DNA of 32,000 nt from the NCBI RefSeq assembly GCF_001457595.1, contig NZ_LN831039.1, positions 5,400,001-5,432,000 on the forward strand, in the 5' to 3' direction. Below are positions 26,939 through 32,000 of the stretch, piece by piece. A program made the translations under genes and the position numbers. The DNA comes from Mycolicibacterium smegmatis. GTDB taxonomy: Bacteria > Actinomycetota > Actinomycetes > Mycobacteriales > Mycobacteriaceae. The notes below the pieces were generated by a model. The model did no database searches and was not told the origin of the DNA. It saw only the letters and a list, made by a program, of their open reading frames with translations. Positions within the stretch are counted from its first letter, which is position 1. Every line of letters begins with the position of its first letter.

Positions 26939-28134
26939 GTGCTTGTCCCTTCGTCGAGGAGGGCGGGCAGTGCCGCGTCGGGTACGTACATCCAGCGTGG
27001 GAGATGGCGTGCTGCATAGATGATCTCCCGAAGCACCTGTTGCAGCCGCAGCGCTCGCAGCGGCGCCGGGTCGTAGACCGAGCGGTGGCCGAGTGTCTCG
27101 AGCCGGTCCGTGTACGCGCCGACGAACGTGGTGCGGGCGAGGCGGTCGACGTCGGCGAGTGCCGCGGGGGCCAGCTCGGTGTACTTGCGGGCGACGATCG
27201 CGACGTGGGCCAGCGACTGCGCCATGCCCGCGACGTCGAGCGCGGCGGGGACGGGCTTGACCCGTGCTTCGGCCGGCAGCACAGGGTTGCCGTCGAAATC
27301 GGTGACCACGTAGCGGCCACCGGCGCGCAGCACCTGCCCGACGTGCAGGTCACCGTGGCCCGCGAGCACAGGGATGCCCGCGAGGTCGCCGAGCGTGCCG
27401 ACGACGGCCTCGACGTCTTCTCGTCGGGCCCGCAGCAGTTCGCCGCTCACCGAGGTGCCCAGTGTCGCGGCGGTCTCGACGGTCTCCAGGGCGGCTTCGC
27501 GCCAGGACCGCGCGTCGGCCGCGGTGGCCGGGCGGGCCGTGTCCGCTTGGGCCGCATGCAGTTCCGCGACGACACACCCCACTGCGGTGACCGCGTCGAC
27601 CAGCGCGGGGACGGCGGCGCGATCCTGTGCGGCATCGGTGACCAGCGCGACGGCCCACGTCCACCCGTCGACGGCGTCGGGCAGGTATTCGTCGACGGTG
27701 ACCACCAGGGTCTCGGGATGGTCGGCGGTTTGCCACGTCACCAGCCCCCATGGCATCGGCATCCCCCGGAAACCGTTGCCGCGCAACGCCTTGATGCGCG
27801 CAGGCGCAGGGTGGGGTCCCTCCTGCAGGTGCGTGGCCCATTTGACGACGGCCGCATCGCCCACGATCACCGACTCGTTGGTCTGGTCGACGGTGATCGG
27901 GCGCTCTCCCCGCGCAGTCTGCGAAGCCCACGAAAGCAGCGTGAAATTGCCGTGTTTCGTGGTGCCCGGGTTCTGGTTCAGGGCATCCAGCATCGCCTCG
28001 GCGACCCCGTCGCCCGGTCCCGCGCGACGCCAGTGACCGTCGGCGTCACGGACCTGCGGCACTGCCGCATCGGGTTCGGACGTGATCACCAGACGGCGCC
28101 CGCCACCGAGGTCGAGCCGGTCGAGCTCGATCAC
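26935..28134 (-). CDS. Glucosamine kinase-like / maltokinase-related phosphotransferase
   Basis: ESVIVGDAAVVKWATHLQEGPHPAP, IPVLAGHGDLHVGQVLRAGGRYVVTDFDGNPVLPAEAR...PAALDVAGMAQSLAHVA. GTG start 28134 overlaps the upstream gene stop by 4 bp, so the long track ORF is over-extended. Confidence 0.78.
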   Translation of the reverse strand: MIELDRLDLGGGRRLVITSEPDAAVPQVRDADGHWRRAGPGDGVAEAMLDALNQNPGTTKHGNFTLLSWASQTARGERPITVDQTNESVIVGDAAVVKWATHLQEGPHPAPARIKALRGNGFRGMPMPWGLVTWQTADHPETLVVTVDEYLPDAVDGWTWAVALVTDAAQDRAAVPALVDAVTAVGCVVAELHAAQADTARPATAADARSWREAALETVETAATLGTSVSGELLRARREDVEAVVGTLGDLAGIPVLAGHGDLHVGQVLRAGGRYVVTDFDGNPVLPAEARVKPVPAALDVAGMAQSLAHVAIVARKYTELAPAALADVDRLARTTFVGAYTDRLETLGHRSVYDPAPLRALRLQQVLREIIYAARHLPRWMYVPDAALPALLDEGTST

Positions 28135-29441
28135 GCCCGATGTTCCAGGCCGGCACGCTCGATGGCGTCGGCCCCCACGCGCAGGCCGTCCCTGGCACGG
28201 ATCGCGGCACCGATGCCGTCGAGCTTGGTGCGCAGTTCGGTGTCGGCGAGCAGGCGGTCCACCGCGTCGGTCAGCTCGGCATCGGCGAACCCGTAGGTGT
28301 CCAGCCGGATGCCGAAGCCGAGTTCGTCGATGCGCTGGGCGTTTTCGTACTGGTCCCAGAACAGCGGCAGCACGACGAGCGGTTTGCCGAAGTGCAGCGT
28401 CTCGGTCACGGTGTTGTTGCCACCGTGTGAGATCACCAGGTCGACCTGCGGGATCACCTTGGTCTGCGGCAGCATCTGCGCGCCGGTCATGTTGTCGGCC
28501 AGGGTGATCTGGTCGGCCTGCGGACCCTTGCTGACGATGAACCGGTGCCGCGTCTTGCCCAGGACATCCACGAGGCGCTGCATGAGTTCGACATCGGCAC
28601 CGCCCAGAGAACCCAGCGACAGGTAGATCAGCCCACTGTCGGCGGGGCGGTCGGCGAGATGCTCGGGCACGGTGTAGTCCTCGTCGGTCTCGCGCACGCT
28701 GGAATCCATGCGGATCCACGTGCCGTCGAGCGGACGGACCTGCGTGTAGTCGGCCTCGGCCGGATAGACGTAGAGGTTCGCGGCGTTGTCGCGCGGCATG
28801 AACTCCAGCTCGGGAAGCGGGTCGGCACCCTGGGCCTGCACCCACGCGTTGAAGTCGGTCCACATGGCGCGGTGGGTACGGTCGAATTCGGCGCGGTAGG
28901 CGGCCCATTCGGCATCGTCAGCACTCGGCAGGCCGGAAAACGGTGGCGGCACCTGCGCAGCGGTGATCTCCAGCGGGCTGCACGAGACGATCCGCACGAG
29001 CGGGACGCCCGCGGTGGCCAGCGCGGGGAACAGCACCACGTTGTCCTCGACGATGACGTCGGGCCGGTGGGTTTCGATGATCTCGCGCAGGCGCGGTTCG
29101 CAGTACTTCGCGCCGTCGATCAACGCCTGATAGGTCGGCTGGATGAACGTCTGCAACTGCTCGATGGTCGGCTTGCGGAACTCCGGTGCGGTCTCGGCGA
29201 TGAAGTCGGTCCAGAACTTCCCCGGATCCTCGTCCTCGCCGCCCGCGGCCGGTTCGGCGAGATCCACGAGTTCCTCGATGAATCCGAACGGCGCGAGCTT
29301 GCCGGCCCAGGAGCTCTCCGCGGCGAACACGATCGTGTGGCCGCGTTCGCGCAGGACGGCCGCCAGCCCGATGCACTGATTGGTGGGGCCGTAGGCGGAT
29401 TCGGGCCAGAACATGATCTTCAGCGTGTCGGAGGTGTTCAC
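28131..29441 (-). CDS. Glycosyltransferase (GT1/MGT-like)
   Basis: IMFWPESAYGPTNQCIGLAAVLRERGHTIVFAAE, DSGLIYLSLGSLGG, VDLVISHGGNNTVTETLHFGKPLVVLPLFWDQYENAQRIDELGFG. Confidence 0.88.
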   Translation of the reverse strand: MNTSDTLKIMFWPESAYGPTNQCIGLAAVLRERGHTIVFAAESSWAGKLAPFGFIEELVDLAEPAAGGEDEDPGKFWTDFIAETAPEFRKPTIEQLQTFIQPTYQALIDGAKYCEPRLREIIETHRPDVIVEDNVVLFPALATAGVPLVRIVSCSPLEITAAQVPPPFSGLPSADDAEWAAYRAEFDRTHRAMWTDFNAWVQAQGADPLPELEFMPRDNAANLYVYPAEADYTQVRPLDGTWIRMDSSVRETDEDYTVPEHLADRPADSGLIYLSLGSLGGADVELMQRLVDVLGKTRHRFIVSKGPQADQITLADNMTGAQMLPQTKVIPQVDLVISHGGNNTVTETLHFGKPLVVLPLFWDQYENAQRIDELGFGIRLDTYGFADAELTDAVDRLLADTELRTKLDGIGAAIRARDGLRVGADAIERAGLEHRA

Positions 29442-29452
29442 AATGGGCCCCT

Positions 29453-30061
29453 TCAGGTTCGGACGGGTCGGGGAAGCGGATGGCCGGTGGCCACCCGCGC
29501 GTAGTCACAGATCAGGTCGACGGCGGTGTCGACATCCAGGCTGGGGTGCCGTGCCACCATCCGGTAGCCGTAGGCGTCCTCGAGCGCGACGATGTTGCGC
29601 GCGACGGCCAGCGACGACGAGGTGAGCGCGAAAATACCCTGGGCGGCGCCGGATTCGAGGATCACCTGGTACATCGCGACCTGACGGTCATACAGCGCGG
29701 TCAGCATGACGGCGTAGGCCGGGTGACGTGCGGCCGCGCCGCCGAGCGCGCACATGAGCTTGACGTCGGGGTCGTCGGCGTCGACCGGCAGCCCGGATTC
29801 GATGGTCGTCACCAGCTTGCGGTCCGGTGGCGCATCCCCCGCGACGGCGCGCAGCCGCGCATCGTAGAAGCGCTCGATACCGGCCCGGTTGGCCTCGATC
29901 AGCAGGGTCTGGATATCCGGGAAGTGGTAGAGCACCGCGCTCGGTGTCAGGCCCGCCTCGGCCGCCACCTGCTTGAGCTGGACATCGACGCCGTGCTTCA
30001 TCACCGCGCTCTGGGCAGCGCGCAGCAACTTCTCGCGACGTTCGGCTCGGCTGACGGGCAC
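29453..30061 (-). CDS. TetR family transcriptional regulator
   Basis: VSRAERREKLLRAAQSAVMKHGVDVQLKQVAAEAGLTPSAVLYHFPDIQTLLIEA. GTG start at 30061; track ORF upstream extension is probably spurious. Confidence 0.85.
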   Translation of the reverse strand: MPVSRAERREKLLRAAQSAVMKHGVDVQLKQVAAEAGLTPSAVLYHFPDIQTLLIEANRAGIERFYDARLRAVAGDAPPDRKLVTTIESGLPVDADDPDVKLMCALGGAAARHPAYAVMLTALYDRQVAMYQVILESGAAQGIFALTSSSLAVARNIVALEDAYGYRMVARHPSLDVDTAVDLICDYARVATGHPLPRPVRT

Positions 30062-30208
30062 AGCGCCATGCTGCCAACGATCCGCGACCGGCGCGCGCGT
30101 TTTCCTGAACTCCGATGCAGTTTTTATCCAGCTTTTACATCGTGGTTGTCCCGCGCAGCGATAAACTTTCCTGAACTCGAATACAGGACTCGAAGGGAGC
30201 GCAACCGC

Positions 30209-30550
30209 ATGCCGACCCTGCTGTCTGCTCGACAACTCCTCATCGCCGCCGCGTTCGCGGCCGCCACGCTGGCTCCCGTTGCCGTGCCGTTCCAGGCCGC
30301 CGCCGCGGAATGCCCCAGCGGAGAAGAAGGCGACCTGTACACCGGCACGTGTACGCCGGTTCTGGTCCCCAACTCCCCCGCGCCGGTCGCCATGCCCGCG
30401 GCCAACGAGTGCCCGCCCGGTGTCACCGGTGCCGAGTGCCAGCCGTCCACCGGCAACGAGGCAGGCCCGGTCATGCCCCAGCTGCCCGGGCAGGTCGAGC
30501 AGACGGGTCCTGAGGAAGAACTCCAGGACGTCGACACACCCGACTACTGA
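30209..30550 (+). CDS. Small secreted Cys/Pro-rich protein
   Basis: ATG at 30209 with GGGAG upstream. Signal peptide MPTLLSARQLLIAAAFAAATLAPVAVPFQAAAAE, then CPSGEEGDLYTGTCTPVLVPNSP...NECPPGVTGAECQPS. Confidence 0.75.
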   Translation: MPTLLSARQLLIAAAFAAATLAPVAVPFQAAAAECPSGEEGDLYTGTCTPVLVPNSPAPVAMPAANECPPGVTGAECQPSTGNEAGPVMPQLPGQVEQTGPEEELQDVDTPDY

Positions 30551-30578
30551 CGGCCACTTGCCGCCGGTTGCCACGCCG

Positions 30579-30635
30579 CGAAACTGTAGTTGTCGAGCGG
30601 TTGTTCGAGTAGTGCGCTCGACAACTACAGTTTCG
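30579..30635. repeat. 21-bp perfect inverted repeat (possible bidirectional terminator or small palindromic element)
   Basis: CGAAACTGTAGTTGTCGAGCG-N15-CGCTCGACAACTACAGTTTCG between the convergent gene ends at 30550 and 30651. Confidence 0.85.
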
Positions 30636-30650
30636 GTGGAGCGCTCAGCG

Positions 30651-31259
30651 CTACAGGCGCGCCAGGCCGACCGCGTGCCGAAGACCGGGAATTCCCAACC
30701 ACTTCGGCAACGACACCGCGTCGTCCTTGGAGGTCCACACCCGCGGTGGGTCACTCTTGTCGGTGCGGTCGGCCGGCACCGCGTGACTCATCCGGAACCA
30801 CTCCGATCCGGGACGGCATCCGGCGTTGAGGTACAGCCTGGGGTGATCGGCCAGGATCTGCAGGCCCGACCGGATGATGAACATCATGAAGACGATGTTG
30901 AAGAAGTGCTGCCATCGCAGCCATGCCGGGAAACCCGTTGTGACAGGCTGGGCATAGCTCGCCGACGTGCCCGGATAGTGCGCGATGAAACTCTGCACCC
31001 AACCGTAGGTGCGTAACTGCATCGCGACCGCGACGATCACCGCCAGCGCGACGAGCGCACCCACGGCGAGCCAGGCGAAACTCACCCAGTGCCTCCCGAT
31101 GCGCACCGACGGCGCGTGCGCGGGCACCTGCGGGATGCCGCCGCAGAATTCGTCGACGTCGACGCGCTGCTGGAAGGTCGGTCGGGGCGAATGGTGGTCG
31201 AGCAGCGCGTGCAGCTGCGCCACGGTCGTCGTGCGGTGAATTCTCGGTGCGCTCGTCAC
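30651..31259 (-). CDS. Cytochrome b/b561-type or molybdopterin-oxidoreductase-associated membrane protein, apparently truncated
   Basis: FAWLAVGALVALAVIVAVAMQL, PAWLRWQHFFNIVFMMFIIRSGLQILADHPRLYLNAGCRPGSEWF, and then an early stop after PKWLGIPGLRHAVGLARL. Confidence 0.6.
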   Translation of the reverse strand: MTSAPRIHRTTTVAQLHALLDHHSPRPTFQQRVDVDEFCGGIPQVPAHAPSVRIGRHWVSFAWLAVGALVALAVIVAVAMQLRTYGWVQSFIAHYPGTSASYAQPVTTGFPAWLRWQHFFNIVFMMFIIRSGLQILADHPRLYLNAGCRPGSEWFRMSHAVPADRTDKSDPPRVWTSKDDAVSLPKWLGIPGLRHAVGLARL

Positions 31260-31353
31260 GTCGCCACCTCCTGACCAACAGATGCTTCATCTGGAGAAAC
31301 GATCTGGGCCTGGGATGTGGCTGGATGACCGCTGAGCGTTCGGCAAAACACCG

Positions 31354-31383
31354 ATGGGCCGGGATCCGCGGATCCCGGCCCAT
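31354..31383 (-). terminator. Terminator of the formamidase transcription unit
   Basis: Perfect 30-nt palindrome ATGGGCCGGGATCCGCGGATCCCGGCCCAT, followed on the minus strand by CGGTGTTTTGCC. Confidence 0.8.
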
Positions 31384-31396
31384 GGCGTCGTGCGAT

Positions 31397-32000
31397 CTAG
31401 GACGTGACGGCGACCTGCCCCCTATCGACCTTCTGCGGGCCCTTGCCGCCGGGGCGGATGTCGAAGTCGAAGATCTCGGTCGGCAGGAACACCGAACAAC
31501 ATGCGTTCGGGATGTCCACGACGCCGCCGATGCGGCCTTCGATCGGTGAGGTGCCCAGGATCAGGTAGGCCTGCTCGCCGGTGTAGCCCCACTTCTTCAG
31601 GTACTCGATGGCGTTGAGGCACGCGTTGCGGTACGCCATCGTCGCGTCCATGTAGGCGTTGCGATTCTCGGCGTGGTCCACCGAGATGCCGATGAACGTG
31701 AGCCATTCGGAGTAGAGCGGCTCGACGCGGCCCGGCATGAAGATGGGGTTGGTGGTGACGCCGTAGGTTTCCATGCCGCCCTTGATGAGGTCGACGTGCA
31801 TGTCGATGAACCCACCCATCTCGATGGCGCCACAGAAGTTGATCTCGCCGTCGCCCTGTGAGAAGTGCAGGTCGCCGCCGGAGAGCATGGCGCCTTCCAC
31901 GAACACCGGGTAGAAGATCCGGCTGCCCCGGGTGAAGTTCTTGATGTCGTGGTTGCCGCCGTTCTCACGCGGCGGCACGGTGCGGGCGCCGTCGTTGGCG
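31397..32000 (-). CDS. fmdA: Formamidase/acetamidase, C-terminal part (gene extends past the window edge)
   Basis: NFTRGSRIFYPVFVEGAMLSGGDLHFSQGDGEINFCGAIEMGGFIDMHVDLIKGG and YTGEQAYLILGTSPIEGRIGGVVDIPNACCSVFLPTEIFDFDI. Confidence 0.9.
   Translation of the reverse strand, partial: ANDGARTVPPRENGGNHDIKNFTRGSRIFYPVFVEGAMLSGGDLHFSQGDGEINFCGAIEMGGFIDMHVDLIKGGMETYGVTTNPIFMPGRVEPLYSEWLTFIGISVDHAENRNAYMDATMAYRNACLNAIEYLKKWGYTGEQAYLILGTSPIEGRIGGVVDIPNACCSVFLPTEIFDFDIRPGGKGPQKVDRGQVAVTS

Noticed and set aside
26935-28908. 657-aa version of the kinase ORF
   Set aside because: The first ~258 aa are Arg/Pro/Ala-rich shadow sequence antiparallel to the real glycosyltransferase frame; a GTG at 28134 with 4-bp overlap fits better.
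29453-30754. 433-aa version of the TetR ORF
   Set aside because: The HTH starts at about codon 232. The upstream extension runs antisense over the secreted protein gene 30209..30550 and the inverted repeat.
1-32000. CRISPR array, phage attachment site or classical IS element
   Set aside because: No regularly spaced repeats, no transposase/integrase-like protein and no tRNA gene seen by eye; the only repeat-flanked unit is the DUF559 interval reported above.

Overview
High-GC actinobacterial chromosome window. Gene content and order look like a fast-growing Mycobacterium (M. smegmatis-like); this is inferred, as I had no database. It carries: a divergent SDR/TetR pair; a dctA / Na+-symporter / DcuS-DctS-type two-component locus; a GMC oxidoreductase with one in-frame TGA, divergent from a TetR gene; a YVTN beta-propeller gene with a long motif-rich upstream region; a tightly overlapping five-gene cassette (MTB12-like secreted protein, ABC ATPase, ABC permease, SAM methyltransferase, HTH regulator) with a strong IdeR/iron-box-like site over its promoter; a DUF559-type endonuclease-like gene between inverted copies of a ~60 bp palindromic repeat; a PGRP-type amidase; an amino-acid ABC system with fused binding protein and permease; tandem OlsB/GNAT-like acyltransferase paralogs sharing a promoter-distal motif; a DUF4193 gene; a GDT1/TMEM165-family transporter preceded by a convincing yybP-ykoY (Mn2+) riboswitch; a SIS / glucosamine-kinase-like / glycosyltransferase / TetR cluster; an apparently truncated cytochrome-b-type membrane protein next to a 21-bp perfect inverted repeat; and the end of a formamidase gene. 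No CRISPR array, tRNA, rRNA or classical transposase was found. The best novelty candidates are the iron-box-controlled five-gene cassette, the repeat-flanked DUF559 unit, and the tandem acyltransferases with a shared upstream element.
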